NCBI RefSeq assembly: GCF_018977255.1
Contig: NW_024704743.1
Span: 29,762,001-29,826,000 of the forward strand
Direction: 5' to 3'
Origin: Callorhinchus milii
Lineage: Eukaryota
DNA: 64,000 nt
Each line of letters starts with the position of its first letter. Positions within the stretch are counted from its first letter, which is position 1. Shown one piece after another: positions 26,451 to 38,790 of the stretch. The notes beneath the pieces were generated by a model. It saw only the letters and a program-made list of their open reading frames with translations, was not told the DNA's origin and did not search any database. The translations under genes and the position numbers were made by a program.

Positions 26451-26606
26451 GTGAAGAACACTATAATTGTATCTCGGCCCTTCACAAGACCATGCGAGCC
26501 TCAGACGAGTCGACTGCCCTTTATTGGTTAGCGAGAATGTTAGAAGGTGGTGAGGACCCGCTCTATGTGGCACGGAGACTGGTGAGGTTTGCCAGTGAAG
26601 ATGTAG
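26451..26606 (+). CDS. WRNIP1: WRNIP1 exon 5 (start of the MgsA C-terminal domain)
   Basis: Acceptor gattctaag. Encodes [52 protein letters not shown]. Donor G|GTGAGG. 156 nt, phase 1/1. Not in the ORF track; translated manually. Confidence 0.95.
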
Positions 26607-26759
26607 GTGAGGCATTCTAAAATTGTTAAACGAAATGTTAAGACAAAGTATAATTTCAAGCCTTCAGTTCTAACTTCTTGTGTAAAAGTATCTCTCCCAA
26701 ATGCTCTCTTCACAGAGGAGAAAATGTGTTTAATTATTTTGTTAGTCAGGTAAATGGGG

Positions 26760-27110
26760 TCCCCCTATCCTCCTGGGTGGGGTGGGGTGGAGTGGGGGAA
26801 TGGATGGCTGAACTGGCTCCAAGATGATGTGTCTGGCAATGGGATGTCAGAATCGAGCCAGCCCTCTGTGGCAGTCTCGGTAGTCCAGTTCCTAAGCCAG
26901 GCGTGTCCGCAGTATTTCAGGGCATTGCTGATGACAGCACAGCCAACCTGGCTCATCGGCAGGACGTGAAAAAACAAAACAGTCACTGAGGGCAGTCACT
27001 GAGTCAACCCACTTAGCTCCTGTTAACCCTGCAAACCAAACCCTTACTGGGTAGGGAAATCCTAGCTGGACAAGCAGCGGGAGAGCAGCAATATCAATGA
27101 CAAGCTATGC
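26760..27110 (-). mobile_element. Ancient non-LTR retrotransposon remnant (LEYC..AW thumb-like motif); also at 1380-1640(-), 53183-53400(+) and 60825-60945(-)
   Basis: Four homologous copies translate as SxALEYCGxxWLRNWTTExAxEGWLxSDIPLP, with many third-position differences. Confidence 0.55.
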
Positions 27111-27468
27111 GGTTTTAGCTGGTTAGCCTCCAGCAGTGCCCAAACGGACCCTCTGGAGTCCCCAAGCCTTGGCTCTTGCCAACCTGCGTCAAATATTTTC
27201 CAGAATTAGGTAAGCAGGATGCTTCCCTCCAAGGAGGGATTGTGCATTCCAGTCCAACAGTCTTTCTCTGGGATTTCCATGTGTAGGTGGGATTCATTGA
27301 ATTCTCAGCTTGGTTTGGATATGCTTAAGCATGGTGATAGGTTTCCACATGTGTCAGACACTCGACTGACCAAAAAAAAACTTGTGTTTTTTATGAATTA
27401 AGCTATAGTGGTTATTCGTTGAATTTCAGATGAATGACAAACTATTGCTTTGCATTGAATCCCTGTAG

Positions 27469-27548
27469 GACTGGCAGACCCTTTGGCCTTGACTCAGGCG
27501 GTTTCTGCTTTCCAAGGCTGCCATTTAATTGGGATGCCTGAATGCGAG
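27469..27548 (+). CDS. WRNIP1: WRNIP1 exon 6
   Basis: Acceptor ccctgtag. Encodes GLADPLALTQAVSAFQGCHLIGMPECE. Donor GAG|GTACTG. 80 nt, phase 1/0. Confidence 0.94.
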
Positions 27549-27699
27549 GTACTGTGATCTTTAAATCCTGTTTGCATTGTCATACCTGTCTCACAATCAT
27601 TATTCTTTTTTGAAATGATCCCATTTTTAAAGAAAAAAAATTAAGCCTTGAGCTAGGTTTTCCTCTCACTCTGCACAGGGTTGTTTACAGCAATGCATT

Positions 27700-28180
27700 A
27701 CTTTCAGCCACAGCTTGAAGCATCATAAGCGTGGTGGAGCTTGACCCGTAGACACAGACGAAGAGGAAGGTCTTCAGGCGTGATCTAAAGATAGTTGAGG
27801 GGGGAAAGAAAAGTGATTGAGGTATAGTTCTAAAGTTTCTGGGCATAGTGTTTGAAAGCACGGCTGCCAATTGTGGAATGGAGGGAACAAGGGACATGCC
27901 AGTTGAGTGAAGGCAAGGGGATAGTGGAGTGCGGAGCAAGCAGGTGTGAGAGGTAGGGAGGTGCCAGGACGTAAAGTGATTTGTACACGAGTGAGAAGAT
28001 CTTGAAATCAATCCGTTCTGTGATAAAGAGTCAGTGGAGCCCAGCAAGGACTGAGTTGATGGGGTACGGAGTTTTGTGCAGGTGAGGATATAGACAGTGG
28101 AATTTAAAATTAATTGGACATTGTAACTGTGGAGCTGGGGAGACCGGCAAGGAAGTCATTGGAAAAATACAGTTCTTACA
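27700..28180 (-). mobile_element. Old L2 fragment (WRNIP1 intron 6)
   Basis: FRSRLKTFLF C-terminal motif, decayed. Confidence 0.7.
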
Positions 28181-28675
28181 GTCAACATTCCTGCAATCGT
28201 CTATCTTGGGAGTTGAAAACACAGCAAGGAAACAAACGTATTTGCAACGTATTGCAAACAAAAGCAAAATGGTTAATTCAGCTATCATTGAGTTGGACTA
28301 TTATCTGTCTTTAAAGAACAGAAAATGAACATCCAGGACACAATAAAAGAAATTCACATTCATTTAGCGCCTTCACTTAAAGGTACAGTCTGGGCATCAG
28401 AGCCTGGGGTGTGAATCAAGGGGGTGGGAGAGAAAAGATTACTGGAAGCACAGAGTTTAAATGAGATGAAGGAGGGAGCGAGTTGGAGGGAATCTGAGAT
28501 GGAGTTACAAGGAGTAGGGGCAGATAGCCTGAAAGACAGCTTGCTGATGAGAATACCTGCGGGATAAAAAGGAAGGTTACAAGTCTCTGAAGTGACCAAG
28601 CACTCTGTCTATTTTACTAATGGTATGTGAAGTACCTCTTGCTTAAAAGTAACTGACTCCTTTCTATTCCCACAG

Positions 28676-28900
28676 GTTATTTTAGCACAGTGTGTAATGT
28701 ACCTCGCCAGAGCTCCGAAGTCTGTGGAGGTATGCGTGGCTTATGGAGCTGTTAAAGACTCGGTGAGGAATCACAAGGGTCCACTGCCTTGTGTCCCCCT
28801 GCACCTAAGAAATGCTCCGACCAAACTTATGAAGGATCTTGGCTATGGGAAAGGTTATATACATCCTGGTTTCAGTAAACAAGAGGAGGAACATGGTTAA
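28676..28900 (+). CDS. WRNIP1: WRNIP1 terminal coding exon 7
   Basis: Acceptor tttctattcccacag. Encodes [19 protein letters not shown]...[35 protein letters not shown]. The seven exons sum to 2175 nt, i.e. 724 aa plus stop. Confidence 0.92.
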   Translation, partial: VILAQCVMYLARAPKSVEVCVAYGAVKDSVRNHKGPLPCVPLHLRNAPTKLMKDLGYGKGYIHPGFSKQEEEHG

Positions 28901-28973
28901 ACTAAACAATAGGCTGTATGTATCATGCAGTCCAATTCAAGCAATACTTCTCCCAATTCTTAATTCTGTCAAA

Positions 28974-28979
28974 AATAAA
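28974..28979 (+). promoter_or_regulatory. Candidate proximal polyadenylation signal of WRNIP1
   Basis: AATAAA 74 nt after the stop codon. Confidence 0.35.
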
Positions 28980-30289
28980 ACAAGATTCAGAAGTGGGGGG
29001 ACAAAGATGGAACCGCTGATGATTCCCCACCTGATATTCATATCTTAATTTAATTCTCAGTATTTTCTGGCAGTACCATCTGTACCAACTTGAGCAGGTT
29101 GGTGAAAGAAGATAAACACAGAATGTGATTAATAAGAGTGAGTGAAAGTGTGTAAACTAAAATATTTGACTGGATTTATGTTGGTAACTGAGTGATTCTA
29201 GTGGATTGTATTAAATCTCCAGCATTTAAACACCATCATGTTTTTTGGACCACTCACAAACCACTCAAAAGAGATTAATAGTCTTCTCGAAATTAGACCA
29301 ATCATCATACACCACAGCCGGATTGGTGCTGTTTAATGCAGTTGATAACCTCTCAGTCTCTTCAATAGACCTTTCCAGGTTCAAGTCCCACCTCAGATGG
29401 CAGCTTGTGGTCCAGACCAATGTGCAGTGTAGTGCTGGGGGAGCATTACATTGTCACAGCTGCCACCTTTCAAATGAGACAATAAACCAAGGTTGTGTCT
29501 GCCTGTCAAAGTGAATGTTGAAGATCCCAATTGCACTATTTGGAAAATGGTGTCCTGGCCAACAATCCTCCAGATAAATTGGTCATTCACCTCTTGGCTG
29601 TTTGTAGGACCTTGTTGTGCATAAATTGCTGCTGCATTTACAAAATAATAGTCACTATACTTCACAGTAATTTCTTATAAAGGGCTTTGAGGCTTTTAGA
29701 CTTGAGTTGCTATAATGCAGTATTATTTATAGGTATCTGTATTAAGTCTCAGGTTTACTTCTGAGTTCAGTTTGATGTACTGTGGGACAAATTTTCAGCC
29801 TAACAGGATAGATGCGAATGAAGACAGATAAGGAGACTTGAGAGGAAAAAACAAAGACTATGTGGTTCAGTGACTGATTTAAAATTATAACTCATTAGTC
29901 AGTAAGTTCACACCCAGGTTAAATTTCTGTTTTGATGTGGTTAGGACATGCTGTCCTTTCATCGCTTGAGTCTTTGGTTTGAATCCATCTCAGACTGACT
30001 GGATGAATTTATATTGCAATTTCAAATCTGTATCACGTAACTAAGTAAATAATAGCATGAAATTGCTGCTTGGATATAATAATGTTAATACTCTGTGTCC
30101 ATACTGCATCTGGGAATTGTATGCTGATATTTCCCAAAGTGGGGGAAAAATTCCTTTCAATAAAATTAATGCCTTTCACCTTGATAGATGCAGAAATCCA
30201 TCCCCCACTCACCACTCATAAGCTCCAGTTTGTTTAGGTCCTGTTACCTTTTGGCCATTCACTCTTCAACTATTTGAAAGACAATGTCA

Positions 30290-30600
30290 GGAGTCCTGTA
30301 GCTCAGTGGTTAGAGCACTCGCTTTGCAAGTGAGAGACCTGAGTTCAATTCCAGGCAGGGCGAAACCTTGGGCAAGTTTCCTTACTCCACACGCCTAATA
30401 ATTATCCCTCCAAAACAAAACAATAATAAATTGGTCATTTTCAATCCATGACTGTTTGTGGGACATTGCTGTGCGCAATTGGCTGCCGCGTTCGCCCACA
30501 AATATACAGTCAATTCACTTTACAGTATATACTGTGAAGCGCTTTGGGACGTCTAGAAGATATGAAAAGCGCTATATCAAATGCAAGGATTATTATTATA
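30290..30600 (+). mobile_element. Young tRNA-Ala-derived SINE, full length, short subfamily
   Basis: Head GGAGTCCTGTAGCTCAGTGGTTAGAGCACTCGCTTTGCAAGTGAG.. (A box, TGC anticodon loop, B box GTTCAATTCC). Deu-type body GTTTGTGGGACATTGCTGTGCGCAATTGGCTGCCGCG. L2-like tail ending AAATGCAAGG(ATT)n. Confidence 0.92.
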
Positions 30601-31034
30601 ATGTTGTGCGCAAATTGGCTGCCATGTTGGACCTTCAGATGTAGTCAATACACATTGATAAATTCTTGTGAAGCGCCTTGAAACATTTTGACGATATGAA
30701 TAAGGCATTATATCAAGTAAATTGTTATTCTTACCATGAGTATTACCTCATTCGGTTAGTTGGAGATTCATGGAGAGGAATAAAACAATTCAAAGTTCAG
30801 TTTTGTGATCATAATCCAAAGACACAGTTGAGTGTTTCTCTTCATTTATCAGTACTTAATCGTAATAATAATACTTATAGATTAATACAAAGGGTTTAAC
30901 CTCCATTGCCAACGATTTTTCCATGTGTTTTGAATTTGAATGTTTGCAAGTTTACAAATGCCATTTATGTTGAATGGTTTTCTGGACACTCGATTATTGG
31001 AGTTGAAATGTTTATTATACTTTTTTATAAAACA

Positions 31035-31040
31035 AATAAA
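31035..31040 (+). promoter_or_regulatory. Candidate distal polyadenylation signal of WRNIP1
   Basis: AATAAA at the end of a U-rich, 3'UTR-like stretch (30900-31040), followed by T/GT-rich sequence. Confidence 0.4.
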
Positions 31041-32557
31041 GCATTGTTGTACCGGACTTTAATTTTGACTGCTAGTGAGTAAACTACCAAAACACATCAT
31101 AAAATAGTTACAAAGAAGGCCACGTAATGTCTTCATCATGAATCTCCTGTTCACTAAGAGGAAAGAATTCACAGGATCATAAGATCGGTCTGACTGGAGA
31201 AGGCCATCTGATCTCATCCCTCCAAAACATCCACCCTATCATCCCTCATCACCCCGTCAAATTGATTTTTAAATGAGTCCAGTGGCCTGACCTCAACCAC
31301 CTTTCCTGTCAATCTGTTCCAGTCAACTAACCTTTGCATAAAGAAAACATCCTGGTTTCTGCACTGAAATTGTCTTGACAATCTAAACCTAGGTTCTTTC
31401 GTTTACATACATGCTGTACCCTAAAGTATTGATCTGGGTTTTTTCAATCTCATTTAAAATTTTATACACCTCTATGAGGTCCCCTCTGAGTCATCTTCTT
31501 GGACTGAAGGTTAATTTGACTTATTTATTGCTGCCTTACACTAGTTGGACCTTGTCAACTTGTCGATGAGTCAACTAACATTGCCTAAAACACCCTGTTT
31601 CTCTGCCCTTCCATTCCATTAGATTCCCTTCTATACAAAATATATTTCTAGGGCTTCTTATAACCTGCAGTTTTGAAACACGACATAGATACAAAAAATG
31701 CCATGAACACATAATGGGTAGCTTCTTTATAATGTAATGTGACAACTTCACATTCTAACCTGCTTTAATTTAGGAAACAAATCCCGAAGAGTCAATCTGA
31801 GGAACTGCAAAAATTGGCCGATTTGGTTTTGAATGTATTGTATGGACTGAATGTATTGCTCTTCCATTGAACTTCCACAGCTCTTCCATAAAACCAGCAC
31901 AGATAGAGCCAAATAGGCATCTTCTGTTCTGTAATTTTTTGGGTTCTACGTTCTTGCTCCCCCCTACCTCTCCGACCTCCTAACCCCATATTAACTTGTC
32001 CACTCCCTCCTGCTTCAGGTCCCCCGCACCTCCCGCCCCACCATTGGCAGTTGGGCATTCAGCAGCTCTGCCCCCACACTCTGGAACTCTACCCCACAAT
32101 CCCTCTGCCTTACCCCCTCTCTTGCCTCCTTCAAGACCCATCTAAAGACCTATCTCTTCGACGATGCCTTCAGCCATTCTCCCACCCCCACCCCTCTCGC
32201 CCTCCACCCCTCCTGACCCCAACTCCCAGCTCGGGTCCAAAAAAACCCTGACTGTCCAGCGACCTGGGACATCTTTCCGATGTGAAGGACACTACACAAG
32301 TGTAATTTGTTTATTGTTGTTGTATAAGGCTGTGGGCAGCCTAGGCACCAGCTTATCTGCACCTGTGACAATCATTTTCTGTTATAGCCGCTTGAATTGC
32401 AAGTTGGATAGGAGCCATTGGAGCTGCTTGCCAAGAGCGACTATCAGATATCACAAGGAAAGCTAAGCTGAAGAAGTTGCCCAATGTATAGATTGAGACT
32501 CCAGATTTACTGTGCTACAACTTGGAAAAGCTAATGTGGTGCACAATTTCATTTAAA

Positions 32558-32950
32558 ATATAGAATCACAGAATTATATAGCACAGAAGGAGACCATTTG
32601 GCCCATTGTGTCTATGCCGGCTCTTTTAAAAGAGCTATCCAAATCAATCCCATTCCCCCTCTCCCCAAAGCCCTGCAAATTTGTCCTCCCCAAATAATTA
32701 TCTACTCTCTTAAAAGTTGTTATCGAATTGGCTTCCACCACCCTTTCATGCAATGCATTCCAGATCCGAACAACTCGCTGTGTGAAAAAAATTCTCCTTA
32801 CCTCCCCTCTGTTTCTTTTAACAACGATTTTAAATCTGTGTCCTCGGGTTACCAACTCATCCGCCAGTGGAAATAGCTTCTCCGATTGAATCCCCTCATC
32901 ATTTTGGAAACTTCTATCAAGTCTTCTCTTAACCTTTTCTGTTCCAAGGA
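32558..32950 (-). mobile_element. CR1 3' end
   Basis: TRGHRFKI..RRIFFTQRVVRIWNAL..SITTFKR, then the CR1 tail. Confidence 0.88.
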
Positions 32951-34317
32951 GAAAACATTACTGATTTAAATCATTTTTGCTTGTCTTTGGTTGTTTGCAT
33001 TAGCACTTTTACTTGAATAATACGATAATAGACACTTGCTCTTGTAAGGATGTAAGCCACAAAAATAAATGTTAACACAGTTTATCAACGGCGACTGTTC
33101 TGTTCAGTAGAGAGAGTGACGTATCTTCCCACTTCACATTTTGCCCCAATATGTGTGTTTTTTTAAAAAAAAACAAATAAAAGATAAAGTACAAAAAAGC
33201 TTCAGTCTGTCAGCCTGTCACTCGAACACAAGTACAAATAATACAGTTTACATTTATATAGCGCCTTTCATGTTGGGAGATAGTCTCAAAGCACTTACTA
33301 TTTTACTATTTTAAGATGGAGAAATGGAAAATTGTACAGTATAAAAGATAAATCGATGCCCAATTTAGCAACAAAGATGTCGGCTGTTAATGGCTTCAGC
33401 CAGTTTTGCTCAACCACCAGTATTAACTCAAACTGTATGCTATTCATTATCATGTTGAAACTATTATAAAGTACGGCATTTTTCACCCCACGAGGTGTCA
33501 GAAAATATCATAATTCTGACTACCTTGCTGTTTAAAGCACTGATCCATACAATTGAAAATATTGCTAAATAGTATAACCACTGGCCATATGATACATTAT
33601 AGATACTGTATCTATGTTCAAAGGCAATGGGATCTTATTTGTATATCCAGTAATCTTTACATCTGATATAGTACATTTCACATCAGGAGTATGTTTCAAA
33701 GGATATTCTGTAAAGTGGAACAACTATTTTGTAAACAAATGCAGAAGCCAATTTGCACACAGCAATGTCTCACAGACAGCCATGAAGCAAATAACCAATT
33801 TCATTTTAGGGTTTGTGTTAGCATGGCTCAGTTTCACATCTGAGTCAGCAGGTTATGGTTCAAGCGTCACGTTGGGACTTGGAACCCACATATCTATGCT
33901 GACACTCCAGGGCAGCGCTGTGGGGGACTGCTTCGGAGGTGGTGTTCTTCAGATTAGGCATTAAACCAAGGTCCTGTGTGCCTGTTCAGATAGCCGTTAA
34001 ACATCCCATGGCACTAAAGAGAAGGGATTTTCTCCTGGTATAGTGACCAACGATCCCTCTAAATAAAAAAAGTCACTTACTCTATGTCTGCTTGTGGAAC
34101 ATTGCTGAGTGGAAATTGGCTGCTGCATTTACTGACAAAAATACGCAGTCATTTTATAGTATATCCTATGAAGTGCTTTGAGACATCTTGGCAACATGCA
34201 AGGATTAATTTAAAACAGATTGCTGGGCAGATTCTCAACAGGAGAATCTCCCTTCTCTTTTTGAATAGTGCAATGGGATGTTTAATATCCACCTGACCAG
34301 GAAAACAGTACCTTTGT

Positions 34318-34690
34318 TCATAGGAACACAGAAACAAGAGTAGGCTGTTCAGTCCCTCAAGCCCGTTCCGCCATTTTATAAGATCATGGCTGATCTGTAC
34401 CTCAAGTCCAGTTACCGCCCCCTTGCCCCATATCCCTTAATACCCTAATCTAACAAATATCTATAGGAACATAGGATTAGAATTAGGTTTTTACCCCCTC
34501 AAGACTGTTCCACCATTTTATTAGATCATGACTGATCTCCATTTACCACCTTTTCTCCATATCCCTTGATACCCTTACTTAACAAATATCTATCAATGTC
34601 AGACTTGGATATTCCAATTGACCCAGTATCCAATTGACACAGCCTTTTGGGGGAAAGAATTTCAGATTTTCACAACCATTTGTGTGAAAA
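34318..34690 (-). mobile_element. Two tandem CR1 3' ends
   Basis: About 145 bp (AGATCATG.CTGATCT..CCATATCCCTT.ATACCCT..AACAAATATCTAT) present twice, head to tail. Confidence 0.7.
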
Positions 34691-35918
34691 AAATTGTTCA
34701 ATGTCTCATCCAACAATGTAGAATAGCACCAACTCAGCACTGGAATATGAGCCTAGACTATATGAGCTGATTATGGGACTTGAACTTACATCCTTCTAAC
34801 TCAGAAAGCGACCAAGGCTGACACTCATTTACAAAATCTCCACTCAAGTGACGTAAAGTTGAGATACTTTGCCATTCAGGTTACAAAGTATACAAACTAC
34901 ACTTAGATTCTGGGCAAAGGCTGAAGTTTTAACGATATTATTTTTGTCCTTATACATCTAAAAGGGTATAGTCTCCAAGATTTTCATAGGCTTGGAAAAG
35001 TGCTCACTTGGAAAACCACAGGGTATATGGCATCTCAACTGGAAAAAGAGCAGCGGTACGTGAAGTGCATTTCCTGCAGCAAACCTTTGTAAATTAGGCC
35101 AACTCACGAAAACTCATCTCTTTCCTGAGACTACTCGGAGCCAATTTCTAAGTTTGCCATGACGTACATGGGGTACTCTGCAGGAGACATACTCTATGCT
35201 TTTACAGGTGGGAGATTCTGTTTATGCTGCTGTTTTTCCATTAAGTGTTTATTTAACCCTTATATCAGCAGAGATGAGCAATGTTATTATTGGCAGTATA
35301 ATAACATTTTCACATAACCAACCACTCTCACCCTAGAAAAAGACAGATTTGATTCTTGATCGGTGGTGAATTAGCTGATCCCAGCTATGGTGGCTGTTAT
35401 CATTGGCTCCAAAAAACGTGAGTTACAGTTTAAGCTGGGTACCTGAAAACAATCTAAAGTCATAATACAGTACTTGGCTTATTGATTGATTTACTTTACG
35501 GAGTGTGACGTTTTGCTGTGTTACATATGTAAAGATTAAAAAAGGGGACTTAAGAGTCAATTCCACTTTCCACAAAATTTGATAAATAAATAACCACATG
35601 TTCATTTGAGATGAAGTGTACACGGTGTAACACAATACTAAGGAAGACTACAAGCTCAGCCAGTTTTATACAGATGCCCCACAATTAAAACTAAAAGTAA
35701 ATACTGTCTGCAGTAATGGAAAGTAATGCACCACTATGTCCTTTCAGTAAGTCGCTGCAAAACAGTAAGAAGAACTGGGAACAGTGGAAATGTTCCCTTT
35801 ACTTTGTGTTGCAATTAATGTAATATTATATAATCTGAATCACTTAACAAACCGTTTAAAAGCTTTTGCAACTAGCTATTTTTCAAAACTTTGAAGGCAG
35901 CTGTTCAGCTGTTCAGGT

Positions 35919-36236
35919 GGAGTCCTGTAGCTCAGTGGTTAGAGCACTCGCTTTGCAAGTGAGAGACCTGAGTTCAATTCCAGGCAGTGGGCGAAACCTT
36001 GGGCAAGTTTCCTTACTCCACACAGAGCCAAATAATAATCCCTCCAAAACAAAACAATAATAAATTGGTCATTTTCAATCTACGACTGTTTGTGGGACAT
36101 TGCTGTGCGCAATTGGCTGCCGCGTTCGCCCACAAATATACAGTCAATTCACTTTACAGTATATTCTGTGAAGCGCTTTGGGACGTCCTCCCGACGTGAA
36201 AAGCGCTATATCAAATGCAAGGATTATTATTATTAT
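35919..36236 (+). mobile_element. tRNA-Ala-derived SINE, full length, short subfamily
   Basis: Near-identical to the 30290 copy. Confidence 0.92.
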
Positions 36237-36317
36237 AGAACTTCATCCAACTTTCTGTAAAATAAATGAAATTTCTTGTAAATTACTTGTAATAGCAGGA
36301 TTACTGCTATTACACGT

Positions 36318-36667
36318 GGAGTCCTGTAGCAGGCAAAAGACCTATGTTTGATTCCCAGCAGGGCGAAATGTTGGGCAAGTTTTCTTACTCCGCATGCCTC
36401 TGTTTACCCAGCAGTAAGTAGGAACCCGGTTGTTAGTTGATTGGCAGATCGCTTTTCCGGGGGTAATAATTCCTTCAAAAAAAAATAATAAATTGGTCAC
36501 TTCAATGCACGATTGTTTGTGGGACACTGCTGTGTGCAATTGGCTACCACATTTCACCCACAAAATATACAGTCAATTCACTTTACAGTACATTCTGTGA
36601 AGCGCTTTGAAACATCTCGAAGACATGATAAAGAGCTATATCAAATGCAAGGATTATTATTATTATT
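36318..36667 (+). mobile_element. tRNA-Ala-derived SINE, long subfamily, with a deletion in the head
   Basis: Same body and tail, plus an extra internal segment (CTGTTTACCCAGCAGTAAGTAGGAACCCGGTTG...). D-arm and anticodon region are missing. Confidence 0.88.
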
Positions 36668-38159
36668 GCAACAACATATTATCCCATCCTAGAAACCTGG
36701 ATGTTCCCTATGCTCAGCAGGGTTGCTTCATGTTTCCTTCAGCAGGTGGGTAGGTCGGCAGACATGAAGCAGCCTTCCTGTTGCCACTCTCTGGAACTCC
36801 ATCCTGAAGTCCTTCCGACTCACTTTCCTTCCTCATGTCATTCAAGATCCATCTCAAGACCTATCTGTTCGACGATGGTTTCAATCATCATTCCTCTCCC
36901 CATCCCCCTCAGCTCCCACCACCAGCTTGGGTGCTCAGACTGGTCTGTTGAGAGCTTTGGGACATCCTCCCAACATAAAAGGCACTATATAAATGTAAAC
37001 TTATATTGTATTGTATTGCATCCATCAATAGGTAAAAATCAGCTGTCTCACAATGCAGCTGATGATTCCTATCAATGGTTGAACAATCCAACACTTGGGA
37101 AAATTCTGCTCCACAATGAAAGAAAGAGCCAATATTGAAGGATGCTCCACATGAGGCTTCTGTCTACACTGGCCTCACCATAAGGAAGACAGAGGGTATT
37201 GTACATTTGAATGTTAACTAATAAAAGTTAACAAGCTGAAGACTAAATATCTGAACCAAGTAGAAATGAATCTGGTTAACCTGTGGTTCAATGTTGGTTC
37301 AATATTATAGAATAATGGCTGGGAATAATTAGAGAAAGAGTTCTGTGGAGGATCTTATTCCTTGAAATTATCCTCATCAAATGCTCTTTGCAGACTACAG
37401 AGTTCGTACCCAACACACCTAAGAGACCTGCTTGATACAGTCAGCATTGGGTAACAGTGATCTTAACCCAGATAATATTATTATTATCTTATGGGTTACT
37501 CTGTTTGAACAATTTTACATTACATGGGAGGGATATGTAATGGTTGAAATGCTTCTATGTAGTCCTCTCTTTTATATTTCATGCATGTAGATTGTGATAT
37601 AAATCCATTTGGTTAGGAGATTAGGTTTAGCTCATTGCAGCTAACCCCTTCCCGTCTGTCCTGGGGAGATCTGACTTCTTAGTCAGAGGCTCTGATTCAG
37701 ATTTAGATGATGTCAGGATTTGGCTTACCCATTTGAGCTCGCAAACAGAGATCAACATCTCTCTAATTCCTGAATGCTGATTTCAAGCAGCCAGTCATCC
37801 TCTGACCCCGTACCAGCTGATTGCAATGTAGCTTGTCTATAAAATTGACCTCACTTATGGTTGCTGACAGCACACAAGGCTTGAAGTATTTGTGCTGGGG
37901 CGCCAAAGGATATGTCTCGAGCCTAACTGTGACCTAATGGATGTTCCCACAAATCTGTTTCAACAGATGATGATTAATTCTGCATTTGGCGTCATGTAAG
38001 CAAGGGCCAGAATTCCAGGCAACTGCAAGAGGTTCTATATATGCAACTGTTAAATGGAGTCATGTGCCATACTTAAAGGTGAACAGGAAACAGCAGATAT
38101 TTGTTTCCACCATGCCTTTAGGACAACTGTCATAAAATAGTCAGATACTGACAATAGTG

Positions 38160-38790
38160 CACAACAACAACTCTATCCTCTAAGGGAGATGGACCCAGTG
38201 GAGCTGGGCGAGAGTGGGGGTGAAAGGGTTTTGGAGCCTGGCGCGGGAGAGGACATGAGCTGGAGAGTTCTGGATGATCTGCAGCTTGTGGAGGGAGGAG
38301 TTGGGAAGGCCATCAAACAGGGAATTGGCAGAGTATGGAATAACTGCATGGATGAGGGTTTTGGTGGCCTGAGGAGAGAGGCAGTGATGTGTTCCTGGAG
38401 TTAAGGGTGGAGGCAGAGATGTAGAGCTGGGTGTCATCTGCATACATGTGGAAGTTGACCCCATATCTGCGGATGATGGCCTTCATGCCATCCTCCTCCC
38501 AAGAAGGAGCATGTAGATATTGGGAGAGGAGAGGACCAAGGACAGAGCCATGGGGTTAGCAGGTCACAGAGGTAGGGCGGGGCAAGGCTATGGAGGGCCT
38601 TGATGGTGAGGCTGAGGATTTTTAACTCTATCCTCCGGTGGATGGGGACAGGACACTAGCTGCAGAGTTCTGGATGATCTGCAGAATTCTGGATGATCTG
38701 CAGCTCATGGAGGGAAGAGTTGGGAAGACTGCCAAGCAGGGAGTTGGCGTAGTCAAGCCTAGATGTGATTAATGCATGAATGAGGGAAAG
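38160..38790 (-). mobile_element. L2 RT fragments, rearranged
   Basis: [14 protein letters not shown] and LHKLQIIQN..LHW motifs on minus. Confidence 0.8.

Noticed and set aside
30290..30363. Apparent tRNA-Ala(TGC) genes (also at 35919, 50606, 53170, 56268, 60959)
   Set aside because: Each is the head of a ~310-bp SINE with shared body and tail, and the T-stem is imperfect.
34880..34932. Possible alternative WRNIP1 last exon (GYKVYKLHLDSGQRLKF*)
   Set aside because: It would need a weak donor (AAG|GTTATA) and similarity to the canonical tail ends after GYK. Kept only as an RNA-seq check.
35987..36199. Recurring ~70-aa ORFs ([22 protein letters not shown]...)
   Set aside because: Translations of SINE copies, not a gene family.
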